Shown: piece after piece, positions 22,815 through 33,938 of the stretch
Layout: every line of letters begins with the position of its first letter
Numbering within the stretch: position 1 is the stretch's first letter
Origin: Schizochytrium sp. TIO01
Taxonomy: Eukaryota > Protista > Bigyra: Labyrinthulomycetes
Direction: 5' to 3'
DNA length: 64,000 nt
Assembly: GCA_004764695.1 (NCBI GenBank)
Contig: SMSO01000031.1
Location: forward strand, 8,662,761 to 8,726,760
The notes under the pieces: generated by a model
Databases searched by the model: none
What the model was told of the DNA's origin: nothing
Seen by the model: only the letters and a program-made list of their open reading frames with translations
Translations under genes and position numbers: made by a program

Positions 22815-23440
22815 CTAGCTCGCACATGGGAAAGCCGAGCGTTTCGCCCACCAAGCTTTGGGCCAGCCAGCACCTGTGTCCGTTTCCCACTTGTGCAAGA
22901 CTTGCGCCCCTTTTTGACCCGCGAGGGCCAATAATCGGTTCTGCGTATGTGCATCCGTACTCCTAACCCGTGTGGATCTCAAGCACAGCCCCTCCCGCCT
23001 GATGGCCACGCGTCCGCCCATGTCTTGCGCGTCTTCTCCATCGCGCCCCTCCAACCGAAGAAGCGTACAGCTCAGTGAACATGCAGCGAGCGACCTCGCT
23101 TCCGCCTAAGTCCTCCTCATGTTGCATGTCGCGAATTCTGTCTGCTCAAGACTCGCCGCCACCCAGGATGTCTGTCAGTGGCGAGCGTCGTCGCCTTCGT
23201 CGCGTCCTGCCTTCTCTGTTCCCTCTCGCGGAGTTCGTCACGCCCTGCCTCGCACGGGAGGTCTCCAAGCTGGTCTCGAATTGCTTGGCGTCTCTTCAAC
23301 GTACTTCAACGTCTCCTCGTTTATGTACCTTGGCTTCCAATCTTGCAATCAATCAAGCGCTGTCACGCACCGCTTGGCGGCCGCGAGCCTCAGCAGGTCC
23401 TCGGGATGGTCGTCGAGCGTCAGGTTTGCCTCATTGTGCG
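22815..23440 (-). pseudogene. Possible decayed GC-rich coding fragment
   Basis: Minus frame reads HNEANLTLDDHPEDLLRLAAAKRCVTALD*LQDWKPRYINEETLKYVEET with G/C-rich third positions but is broken by stops; no family identified. Confidence 0.22.
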
Positions 23441-24190
23441 CTGCCTGATCTCACGCTGGGTTGGTTTCGTCGCTGAGTTGATTGAATTTGATGGATTTCT
23501 TGATTGATTGATTGATTGGTTTCTTTCTTGTTTGATGTTCGCTTGTTCGTCGCAGGCACGATTTCCTGACCGCGACTACGCCCACAGTGGAGATGCCGTT
23601 GTGGATCTCTCCCGCAGTGAGCCTCCACACAGAGTCACACAGCTTCCCGCAGCCAGGTGCTGAGGCTCTGTTCCGCAATGCAGTTCATCTCTTATTTGTT
23701 GCCGCTACTTGCACCCTGAATAGCCTTCGTGGTGGCCAGCTTCTTTGCGCCTACGTTGCAGACAGAGAGTCACGCTGACGCCTTTTCTGCGCAAGGGTCG
23801 AGGTGAAGCGCAGTGCTGTCGTCAGATGGTTACCTAGGTTCTTAGAATTTTTAATTCTTACTTCAAGTTGTTTAGTGTTGTTATGTTTCAAGTTATTCTT
23901 TTGTTGTTTATTTATTGTTTTATTTTTGAAACTTATTTTCAAGTTTGAGCATTAAAAGGCATATTTTGTAAGATAGCAGTTACCTAGCAAGTAACTAACG
24001 ATTTATGTTACTGTTATTGTTTATGAGAAAAGAGGGGAAAATGTAATGTCAAAAGCATCATTGGGTATTTCTTGACTTGCATAATACGACACGGAGAAAA
24101 GAGTAATCGCGATCGAAGTCGTTTGAGGCAAAACTCTAACATACTCGAGTCGCCGAGAGCACCTTCGGCATCGTTGGTGTCCTCGTGACC

Positions 24191-27100
24191 ATGAAATCCT
24201 CGTGCTGTGGAGTGCTCTGTAGCCGCGGAAGTTGCTCATCCGGTGACGGCATGCTCACCATAAGAAGGAGGCCTAGCCGAAGACTTCATGCCACACTCCC
24301 GAAGACCTTTGCAACGACCTTGGTCCTTATTCTTGTGGTCCTTGCACTCGCCCTGAACCGTAGCACGGCGCTGAAAGTGCCCAGTGTGAGAAGGTCTGCG
24401 ACAAGTATTAATGATGCTGCTTCAGAACCTGCTTGGGCCGTTCAACAGAACCAGAAAATTGACCCACAAGACCCTCCTGGAACGCAGGATAGAGCGACTT
24501 CTAGAGTAATTGTCATTGGAGCAGGGTACTCAGGACTCTCAGCAGCATGTGAGCTGCGCAGACTTGGACATGATGTCTTGGTCTTAGAGAAGAATGACTA
24601 TGTGGGTGGCAGAGCTCATCAGTTTGAAGTCAAAGCTGATAACGGACAGACCTTCAAGTTCGATGCAGGGCCCAGCTGGTACTGGATGCCTGAGGTCTTC
24701 GATCGATTTTTTGCACGATATGGCCGTAAAGTTGAAGAGTTTTACACGCTAGAAAGGCTTGATCCAGCGTACAGAATCATTCGTTCTGAAGAAGAAGCAA
24801 CACTTGATGTGCCGGGGGCCTCGGAGGAGGCCTTTCTCAGCTGGGCACGCAAGCTTGAAGGTGAGTCAAAAGGAGGCCTCCTAGACCGCATGATGGACGA
24901 AGCTAAAGAAAAGTATGAAGAGGGTATTTTTAAATGGATATGGCACCCGATGGTGTCCATTTGGGAAATGGTCGATTTCAACCTTATGCGTGCACCTTTC
25001 CAGTACGACATGTTCAATGGCTACCTGGCACATCTTCAAAAGTATATTTCTAATTCAGATCTACTTACGGCGCTAAAATGGCCTGTTATCTTCCTTGGTG
25101 CGTCACCACACTCTGCACCAGCAATGTATTCCCTTATGACGTATGGCGGCCATGCACTTGGAACCTACTACCCTAGTGGAGGGTTAAGCCGCCCTGTCAT
25201 GGCAATGGCCGAGCTAGCCGAAGAGCTTGGTGCAGAAATTCGCCTAAACGCTGAAGTAGATCACTTTGAACTTGATGAGAATCGGCAAGGAATTCGTGCC
25301 GTATGTATGTCAGATGGAAGCTGCGTCGAAGGCAGTGGAGTAGTAGCCTCTGCTGACTATCATCACGTGGAGCAAAACCTTTTGCCGCCGCACCTAAGGC
25401 GATACTCCGAAGCGTACTGGGACTCGCAAATTATGTCTCCAAGTTGTCTACTGTTCTACCTTGGTTTCGATCGCAGCATCAACGGTTTACTGCACCACAC
25501 CTTTTTTTTTGACATTGACTTGGACAAGCACCTCAGAGCAGCCTTTGCAGACCACACATGGACTACAGAACCTGCATTTTACGTTTCAGCGACATCCAAA
25601 ACAGACCCTTCCGTGACTTCGGGAGATGGTGATGGAGAGGCGCTGTTTGTTCTTGTTCCTGTCTCCTACCAGCTCAATGGGACTGATAGTGATGCACTAC
25701 GCGAGGAACTTTTGAACATTATCATGAAGCGAATGGAGCAAAACCTTGATCAGCCATTGCGTGAGTGGCTAGTTTATAGCCAATCCTATGGAATGTCTGA
25801 CTTTGAAAATGACTTTCATTCTTACCGTGGTAATGCCTTTGGACATGCCAATACTTTAGCGCAATCACTTGTGCTAAAGCCATCAATGGATTCCCTTGCT
25901 ACTAATTTAGTCTTTGCTGGTCACCTTACCAATCCCGGGCCAGGTGTTCCACCGGCAATTGTTTCTGGCGCTGTCTCAGCCGAACTTCTGCATAACAAGC
26001 TTGAGCGCGCCCATGGTAGCGCAGCCATGTATTCGCATTTTTTGAGCCTCCTCGTGGGGTTATTTAGTAGTAGTTGTGTAGTATTATACCTCTGCTCGAC
26101 ACGAATCGTGTCTTATATTGAATGCGTCAAACTCTTATATGAACACGGCCGAACTTATTTTGCAGCAGCAACCCTCATGAGCCCGCTCGCTTTCTTGGAT
26201 ACTGCTGCTATGTATGGTTTGTTCCGCGTTGCTGATGATTATGTTGACAATACTTCTGAAGCAAATCAACGGCAGCAAAATCTCGATGCGTTTATCGCAG
26301 ACTTCTGGAATTGCTGGGAGAGGAAAAAAGGTGACTACAATAAACACCCAACGCTACCCGCTATTATTGAGTCAGCTCACCGTAGAGGCTATCCCAAAGA
26401 ACTTTTTGATCGCTTTTTTCGCTCCATGCGTATGGACTCAACGTCTCAATTAGTCTGCAGAACAATGGATGATACTATGGCGTATATGGAAGGCAGTGCG
26501 GCCGTGATTGGGGAGTTCATGCTTCCTATTTTGATGCCAGATGCGACTCCTGACGTATATCGTCGCGCCTTACCACACGCACGGGATCTTGGGCTTGCCT
26601 TCCAAATCACGAATATGCTTCGCGATATTGGAGAGGACTACAATCTAGGCCGCCAGTACATTCCTGTGGAAATATGTAAGCGCCATGGAATAGACGGCCC
26701 GCTCGTAAGCCACCATCAGCCGGGCTTTAGCAGCCTCATGGAAGACATGTTTTCCTTTACAGATCATCTTTACGCAAGTGCCGATATTGGCATTGGGATG
26801 TTGCCAGAGAAGGTTCGAGATGTTATTCGGGTGGCCCGAATCGCATATCACCGTATCCACGACAAAATCCGCCAAGCAGAATATGATATTTTCTCTGACC
26901 GGCGGCGCGTCCCACTTGTCGAAAAACTGGGCATCCTCGTGAATACGGTTCCTGCATCTAAACTTACTCGAATTGCTGTCACAGAGATTTTCTGTGCGAC
27001 AATCTACCTTCTCACGCGCCCATACATTGCTCTAGTATGGTTCGGTGCCTTCTGGGCATCTTGGTTTTCATGGCCACAATGCACATATTTGAAATTTCAC

Positions 27101-28177
27101 CTTGTGTTTATTATTCCTCCACTTACCTTACTGATGTACAATGCATATCAGCGTGCGGTTGCGGATAAACAACTCAGATTTTTCCGCCAAGCTGTTTTCT
27201 GGGGTGGCATTCTCTGCATTGTGGCGACTGTTTATACCACCCCTTGGGACAACTACCTCGTTTATAGTACGGTTTGGAACTACCCACCAGAACGTATCTT
27301 ATTCGTTCTGGGTTATGTTCCTATTGAAGAATACATGTTTTTCTCGCTGGAGACGATGCTTGTTGTTGCAGTTTGGCTACATGTATTCAAAAGTACGACT
27401 CTGCAAGAGGAAGTTCAGAAGCCAGCTCGGGGGGGGGGTATACTGCCACTATTGGGTCTCATCGTTGCATGGTGTGTTGGTTTTTACATGTTGCAGCATG
27501 AGCAGACCTTGTACATGGGCCTAATTTTGAGCTGGGGCATGCCCGTGCTCATACTGCAGTGGGTTCTAGGCGCCCACGTCCTTCAAAAGCACGTTCGCCC
27601 TGTGACAATAGTGATACTATGCTCGTTCTCATATCTGTGTATAGTTGACACTTGGGCGATTCAACAGGGCATCTGGCATCTTAGTTCGCGAAATTTGTTA
27701 CAACCTGTAGGCAACTATACTCTGCCTCTAGAAGAGGCCCTGTTCTTTCTGGTGACATCAACCATGTGTACATGGGGCCTCACACTGGCAATTGCCCTCT
27801 GGGGACGGCACATTGGTATCGCAATTTCTCTTCCATCGTTACACGCTCAACCAAGGCGAACGCACCACATGTGGCGTCTTACTCATATTGTGAAGCATGG
27901 AGTTATTTTATTCACAGTTATTGCTCACCCATCGATGTATCGATTTATTCCAGTTTCCCTAGTGACTTGCTTACGGTTTTTGGCTTGGACAGATCTAGTA
28001 GCTGCCCTTCTCCTGCTGTCATCCTGGGAGATCCTTCAATACTTTGGGTTCGCTTTGCTTCTCTTTTTCACCCCATACCCAGTCTTGACTGTTCTGATCT
28101 ATTTGTTGATTTTCGGCGCGGTCTTACCTAAACATGGAGTAGATTCTGATAGTTTACCTTTGTATAAAAAAGCCTAA
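24191..28177 (+). CDS. crtIBY: Trifunctional carotenoid synthase: phytoene desaturase (CrtI) - phytoene synthase (CrtB) - membrane lycopene cyclase (CrtYc/d)
   Basis: CrtI FAD motif VIVIGAGYSGLSAA...EKNDYVGGRA, FDAGPSWYWMP and TNPGPGVPPAIVSG; CrtB motifs RVADDYVD and AFQITNMLRDIGED; two CrtY repeats TTPWDNYLV...PIEEYMFF and VDTWAIQQGIW...PLEEALFF. Intronless. Start is ATG 24191 or 24251. Confidence 0.96.
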   Translation: MKSSCCGVLCSRGSCSSGDGMLTIRRRPSRRLHATLPKTFATTLVLILVVLALALNRSTALKVPSVRRSATSINDAASEPAWAVQQNQKIDPQDPPGTQDRATSRVIVIGAGYSGLSAACELRRLGHDVLVLEKNDYVGGRAHQFEVKADNGQTFKFDAGPSWYWMPEVFDRFFARYGRKVEEFYTLERLDPAYRIIRSEEEATLDVPGASEEAFLSWARKLEGESKGGLLDRMMDEAKEKYEEGIFKWIWHPMVSIWEMVDFNLMRAPFQYDMFNGYLAHLQKYISNSDLLTALKWPVIFLGASPHSAPAMYSLMTYGGHALGTYYPSGGLSRPVMAMAELAEELGAEIRLNAEVDHFELDENRQGIRAVCMSDGSCVEGSGVVASADYHHVEQNLLPPHLRRYSEAYWDSQIMSPSCLLFYLGFDRSINGLLHHTFFFDIDLDKHLRAAFADHTWTTEPAFYVSATSKTDPSVTSGDGDGEALFVLVPVSYQLNGTDSDALREELLNIIMKRMEQNLDQPLREWLVYSQSYGMSDFENDFHSYRGNAFGHANTLAQSLVLKPSMDSLATNLVFAGHLTNPGPGVPPAIVSGAVSAELLHNKLERAHGSAAMYSHFLSLLVGLFSSSCVVLYLCSTRIVSYIECVKLLYEHGRTYFAAATLMSPLAFLDTAAMYGLFRVADDYVDNTSEANQRQQNLDAFIADFWNCWERKKGDYNKHPTLPAIIESAHRRGYPKELFDRFFRSMRMDSTSQLVCRTMDDTMAYMEGSAAVIGEFMLPILMPDATPDVYRRALPHARDLGLAFQITNMLRDIGEDYNLGRQYIPVEICKRHGIDGPLVSHHQPGFSSLMEDMFSFTDHLYASADIGIGMLPEKVRDVIRVARIAYHRIHDKIRQAEYDIFSDRRRVPLVEKLGILVNTVPASKLTRIAVTEIFCATIYLLTRPYIALVWFGAFWASWFSWPQCTYLKFHLVFIIPPLTLLMYNAYQRAVADKQLRFFRQAVFWGGILCIVATVYTTPWDNYLVYSTVWNYPPERILFVLGYVPIEEYMFFSLETMLVVAVWLHVFKSTTLQEEVQKPARGGGILPLLGLIVAWCVGFYMLQHEQTLYMGLILSWGMPVLILQWVLGAHVLQKHVRPVTIVILCSFSYLCIVDTWAIQQGIWHLSSRNLLQPVGNYTLPLEEALFFLVTSTMCTWGLTLAIALWGRHIGIAISLPSLHAQPRRTHHMWRLTHIVKHGVILFTVIAHPSMYRFIPVSLVTCLRFLAWTDLVAALLLLSSWEILQYFGFALLLFFTPYPVLTVLIYLLIFGAVLPKHGVDSDSLPLYKKA

Positions 28178-31100
28178 CTATAAACCATTTTCGTTAACAT
28201 CTTGCTGAATATGGGGACACATTTGTAAGCATTCTTATACTCAGGAATGACTTAAAGAAAAACTAAATGATGAAGTATCGTAAAACTCCAGGTCTATTCC
28301 TGCTTTCACTATCGCGAATTTTGATTTTTGCTGCTCAGCTTCATTTATCTCCTACAACTTTCTATAGACCATCCATCATTGAAAGATAGGCTGAACTTCA
28401 GAAACTCAGTTATTTCTGTTCCTGTTGTATGACAGGTTGGTGCAAACCTTCAAGTGCAGCACAGAGCCAAGTATGAAAGTTTGAGATTATTTGGTATACC
28501 ATGCGATCTTCAAACTGTGAGGTAGCCTTTTTAACAAAAGATTTCCGCGAGTTTGGCCTACAAAATTAGTAAATTCTCGACCATAGTATTAAAGGGCCAG
28601 TACCTAGGCTGCTACTGAGATATATAACGAAATGAGCATTGCTATGCGATACTGAAACACGACTATTTACAAGTCCCTTACAAACAAACACCAGAGACAC
28701 CTTTTTAAATCCCAAGGTAAGGTGATTGACTCTTTTCAAGGTTGAGTTTTTTTGTTTTGTTTTTTGACACAATACAGACAGCCGAAGTTAGGAGTGATGT
28801 CCAAGTACCTGCATGAAAACCTCATCTTTTAATACTTTCGTATATTATTCCTAGACACTTGTAGTTTCGTTCCCATTCATATCATAATTTCGAAGAAAAT
28901 CATTTCCAAACTTAGCAAACCGGTCACTCATCAGCATTAGGCCTTTCTTCTGCACTCGAGAACTCTGGAGCTCATATGTGCCGCTGAGTGTTTTGCTGGA
29001 CAATGTTCGATTCTCAGTACTTACAAACAGTTGGCGGCTCATATGTAAGTTTTTAAAGCTTATAAAGTGTTTATAAGAATGTAGGGTCTTAGTCCATTTG
29101 AGTCAGAAATGCTTTGCAGTAGTGATGCTAAGCATGTATTTCATAGAAGTTCTTTTCTTGACTGACCAAATGAATGTGTAACGATTATACTTTATACACA
29201 CACCTTTCTTAGAAATAGATAAATTACCCATCACGGTGAACTATTCTATTCACTAATACCTCTGCTGCATCATCCTATATAGCTTGGCGTAAGTTGCGCT
29301 CTACTTTAATCCCCATTTGTCCGTTCATCTACTTTTAGAATCCACAAATTATTCCATATGATTTGTCTCCCAACAGAGTCTCACAAGTTGCGACAGTACA
29401 TGTGTTTTGTGCTTATTGTGGTCGTTCTTATTGCTATTTTTCTCTGCTTGATTAAAAAAAGCCTACTTGTACATAATATAGAGTTAACAGGGGTGGTACT
29501 AATCGCTGCCCATCGATAAAGTTGATCTTGTCGCCAACCAATGAAACGCTCACTTTTTTGGTAACTGATAGCGTGAGCAAAACTTTGATTTGACCTAACT
29601 ATACTTTCTCAGTAGTCAGAGGAAATGAGTACTTGGTTTGAGGGGGTTTGTTGCAAACATAGACAACACCAATTTGACGCGGAGAAATACAAATACATGA
29701 TTGCTTGGAGGCCATACAATTTGAGAATGTAGCGCATGACTTCGATACGTTGGTTCAAAATAAAAGAAGCATTACAGGTATTCCCAAACCTTTTAACCTG
29801 ATACGACTTGATATGGGGTGTACCGTTTTAAAAGTCTTTTTCGAGGGAAAAAACACTCGGCTTCGTTCTTTCCAATGCAGTCTCTTTCTAGTCAATATCT
29901 GTTTGTGCTTGAGACCACAAGCTGCTCTTTTGACCCTTGCGATGTCTTTTCACAAACCCAAAGCATCAGCAATAAGAGCCTTCATTTAGCAATATATTCC
30001 ACAGGTTCTCGCATTCCTCCCTCTATATGCCAAATTCCCTCTGTTCTTCGTGCACTTTAGCCGGATCGGCTAGATCACCTAGCTAGCTGGCTACTTAAGG
30101 AATTGACTAGGGTGTCTGGGCTGCCGGTGTTCTTTTTATCCGCAAGAATAGAACAGGGAAGAGCTTTGGTTCCGAATTCGGTCGGAGTGACAATAAAGAG
30201 TTCGATTTGGCGATTGGCAAATCTTACGAAAGGAAGCAGCGTTATAAACTGCTTCCCACTGAAGGACAGCTCGCGAGGTTTCGAATCCACGCACTGGTTT
30301 CTTCGAAGACTCAAGGTAGGCATGCGTACGAACCCGTGCTCCTGGCCTACACCCGCTACCCACCAGGATGTTCTTTATTGCCTCTTTGAGGCAGCTAGCT
30401 AGCTACCTCTGATGAGGTTGAATTTCATTTGTGTCAACGAACGACGATACCATTCTCACAGCTAGGTAGGTGCTAACTTACCAGTAGCTAACTTCTAGCA
30501 TCACTTATTCTTTTATTTATTATTTATTTATTTATTTATTTATTGAAGGTTCAACAGCAGTCAGTCACAATCGCCAATTTCCGACGAACGGATAAACAGC
30601 TTTCAGGTGAAAAGCGCCTCAGCGATAAAGCAGTTGTTTTGAAGATTGCCTTCTAATACTTCTGAGTAGAAAGAGACTGATTCTGATCTCTTTCTCTGAC
30701 CTTTCTGTTCTTTCTGTTCTTCCAATTCTTCCTCTTCCCTATGTCGCCAAATGGATTTAGCATACTACTATGCGTTTATAATTGTTTCGAAAGCGGTTCG
30801 TGGGGCTCGTTCTTCCTACCACAGACGTGAAATAACATGAAATTAACTTCGCGACTTCCTAAGTAGTAGACTAAGGAAACCTCAAACCTTGGAGTAGGGC
30901 TGGCTACGGCATTCTCTAGGGAGTCTGCAATGTACGATTGTGCGCGATATCTGTTTATGTACATTATGCGTCCTGTATAGAGTTGGTCGATTGATTGAAT
31001 TGCTAGCGTAGAACTTTGTGTATTGTATGAATTGATGCATATGTTGAATGCTCTGCAGGCAGGCAGACTAAAGTCTTCAGCAAGCAAGAGCTTGGAGAGC

Positions 31101-31331
31101 GCTTTGCGCAGTGCCGCTGAGTCTTTGCAAACGCCCTGCACGGTTGGGGGCCGCGCGATACGTGGCTACGGTGTAGCAGCGGCTGTCGTCACGCGGAGAA
31201 GACCGTCTGTGTCGCTCGCTGTTCTTGTTTGGTCTTGCAGCACGTAGACAAGGATTAAATTGAGCTGCCAGCAGTTTGCGTCTGGTTGGGAGAGCTACCG
31301 GGATAGACTGCAGGCAGCACCTTTTCCAACC

Positions 31332-32861
31332 ATGGTAAGAGAAGGCTTGCTTCCCCAGGGCTCGGATAGAGGAGTACCCATGGCGTGGATAAAATTGTTG
31401 GGCAGCGTTGTATTTATTCTAATTGTAACAGGGTGCTATCATGAGTCGTTGATGCTGGCCTATTCCCCTGCCGCTTACGTTGTTGAAACGGTACTTATCG
31501 CCACTCCAGAGAAGACTAGTCCTTCACTAAAAGGCCAGCGACAGCAAAAGTCCACATTAGATCGCATACTTTTCATGTATCTCGAAGCAACAGATGTTGA
31601 CGATTCATGGCAGGGAGAGGTTAACGATCTGTCAGAACACCTTTTGCCAACTGTGGAGCTCTCACGAAAGCTATGCTTGACTCATAATCCAAGTTGGCGC
31701 GTGATACTTGTGCCTCCCAAAAATTCCGATGCATATTTTAAAGATCAACGCCGATTACTGTTCTCCGGTGTACATGTTCCTGCAACGCTTGCATGTCTTG
31801 AACCAATGGAGTCATGGATGGGAGAAGGTTCGAGTATCGAGGCCATTGACCCCACTTGGATTTACTTTGGATTGGGTTATGAAGGTTTGGAGCCGTCCAG
31901 GCACACGAGTGAGTACCAGATGCTCGCTGTTGATGATGATGGCGCCATTTCAATATCTCAGAGTAGCTCTTTCCCCGAAGACCTCTTGAAAATGGATCGA
32001 AGGAACAAATTAAGGATTGAAACCGAAGCTGGGAAACTCTTGCCGGTTCTGCTTGAAGTCCGTTCTGATCCTTCTATCAATATGCTACCTAGCCTTTGTT
32101 TGGCAGGGTATAAAGGACGTGGTTCTTGCACCCAGGACTATCGTATCAAAGGGAAAAGTTTCCTTGGAGAGCAAGCTCCATATATAATCAACTTAGGGCT
32201 CCCTAAAACTGGCACCAGTAGCCTTCATAAGATACTTTATGAGCTAGGCGTAAATAATGATCATTGGCAATGTGCCAACAAACTGCAGCGCATGGGGGAA
32301 GACCGACGATTTAAGGAATGGGCTCAGAAAATTGAGGAGGCTCCTATTTGTAATCACTGCGAGTGTGCAGCTGTAGATAAATGTGGCGCACTTGTTGAAT
32401 ACACAATGACTCAGACAAATTTTCGACCTTTCGACTTGCTTGTCGAGAATGCTCAAACGCAACTGGACTGCATGAGCTACAATGTATTTTTTGTTCCGCA
32501 ATGGCAACGGCTTCCAGAAATTTTGAAAGCTTATTCTCCTGATGAAATTGTTTTTACACTCACAACTCGAGACACAAAGTCCTGGGTTACAAGTGTAGGT
32601 AAATGGCACAACAACATGGAAGAAAGGTTCAGAACAATGCTAAATTCGACGGAGGACACCTTTCTTTCCGACTTCAAAGAGAAACATGAAGATCGGGTTC
32701 GTAGCTTATTAGCAAGCTCACATCATCAGTTGATTGAAGTTGATATTTCTGCACCTGAGGCCGACATGCTAGCAAGTGTCACGGCTCTTGAGGATCGCCT
32801 TCGAGTACCTATGTCAAAGCGTTTGCGTTCGTACTTATGGACCAATCGTAACCCTAAATAA
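31332..32861 (+). CDS. Type II membrane protein with C-terminal PAPS-dependent sulfotransferase-like domain
   Basis: N-terminal TM helix (LLGSVVFILIVTGCY); 5'-PSB-like loop IINLGLPKTGTSSL; 3'-PB-like FTLTTRDTKSWVTSV; HEDRVR motif. First ATG is 31332; the ORF track starts at TTG 31260. Confidence 0.78.
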   Translation: MVREGLLPQGSDRGVPMAWIKLLGSVVFILIVTGCYHESLMLAYSPAAYVVETVLIATPEKTSPSLKGQRQQKSTLDRILFMYLEATDVDDSWQGEVNDLSEHLLPTVELSRKLCLTHNPSWRVILVPPKNSDAYFKDQRRLLFSGVHVPATLACLEPMESWMGEGSSIEAIDPTWIYFGLGYEGLEPSRHTSEYQMLAVDDDGAISISQSSSFPEDLLKMDRRNKLRIETEAGKLLPVLLEVRSDPSINMLPSLCLAGYKGRGSCTQDYRIKGKSFLGEQAPYIINLGLPKTGTSSLHKILYELGVNNDHWQCANKLQRMGEDRRFKEWAQKIEEAPICNHCECAAVDKCGALVEYTMTQTNFRPFDLLVENAQTQLDCMSYNVFFVPQWQRLPEILKAYSPDEIVFTLTTRDTKSWVTSVGKWHNNMEERFRTMLNSTEDTFLSDFKEKHEDRVRSLLASSHHQLIEVDISAPEADMLASVTALEDRLRVPMSKRLRSYLWTNRNPK

Positions 32862-33938
32862 TAATTGAATACTTCTGAATAGTATAGTGTGGCTTTATTG
32901 TCACGGGCTCGATCAATGTCAATCTATGCGTATGAGTGAAGGTGAGAAACCATAGATGGCTTTAATTTAATATATGCGTTTAGCTTTATGTCTTCATTCG
33001 TTGGCAGTTATCTTAGGCCTAGTAGTTGCTAAGATCTCTCATTGAAGGAACTAGTTGATAGGATATTGCGAGAGTTCTAAGTAATCCATTGTAAGACCTC
33101 AAGGTCTTAAGACTTATATAAATATAAAAAGAAGCAACCAGGATTGCGTGGTTGAAAAATAATGAACCAGAGGTGCGCATGAACACTCTGTAGAATCAAG
33201 TATGAAAAAATCTAAATTGATGGCTGTAGAGACGAGTTAACTAAAGCTCGTAAATTATGTTTAGCAAAGATCAAATATGTCTTAGACTCATAATTAGAAC
33301 ATGGGCAAGTCCGCCTTAGAATCAAATTCTAGGAACAATAGATCGCTAACTCTTGAAGTCGTAAATCAAATGTCTTCTGCAGCATTCTGAGAGACCTCTG
33401 AGAGCCTCTTGCCCTGATCTTCAAATTCAACCTCTAGCTGACCAAATTCATCTTTCAGTAATGTTCGTAGTAAAAGTAGGTGCCTAATAACCCGAAAGTT
33501 CTAGCGACCCTTCTTGTGGATTATTGTTTTCGTGGTTACTACTATGCACTCCGTCAGCTAAAGGAGGGCCCTCCATGTTGCTGAATGGTATATTTTTAGT
33601 ACCTGTGAGTTTTGGAGTGAACTCTTATTAAGAAAAACATAATATGGACATGAGCTAGCTTCTCCTTAAGCTTATGTGGTTAAAGAAAAAAACTAATTTT
33701 TTAGCTGTAAGATAAGTTCTCAAAAATTCAAAAATGATTTAAGGTTAACAAAAGAGGCCTCTGAAGACTACGGGGCATTTCTTCTCGCAGTCCCTATGTC
33801 CAGCAACAGCATCGTAGACACGAAATATTGAGAGTAAATGCATCTCATACTTTAAACACTTGCTCTCTAGTATGTCACTTATATCTAATTGTAGCCTCAT
33901 TAAAGCAGATCAGAATTATATCAATTTGAACGCGCACA

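Noticed and set aside
30271-30292. tRNA T-loop-like GGTTTCGAATCC
   Set aside because: No proper 5-bp T-stem, and no acceptor, D or anticodon arms.
30409-30442. Hammerhead-like CTGATGA-stem-GAA
   Set aside because: Stem II is offset by one nucleotide, GAAC replaces GAAA, and stems I and III are not evident.
22000-33000. Carotenoid biosynthetic gene cluster around crtIBY
   Set aside because: No crtE, ketolase, hydroxylase, P450 or rhodopsin gene recognised nearby; the neighbours are functionally unrelated.
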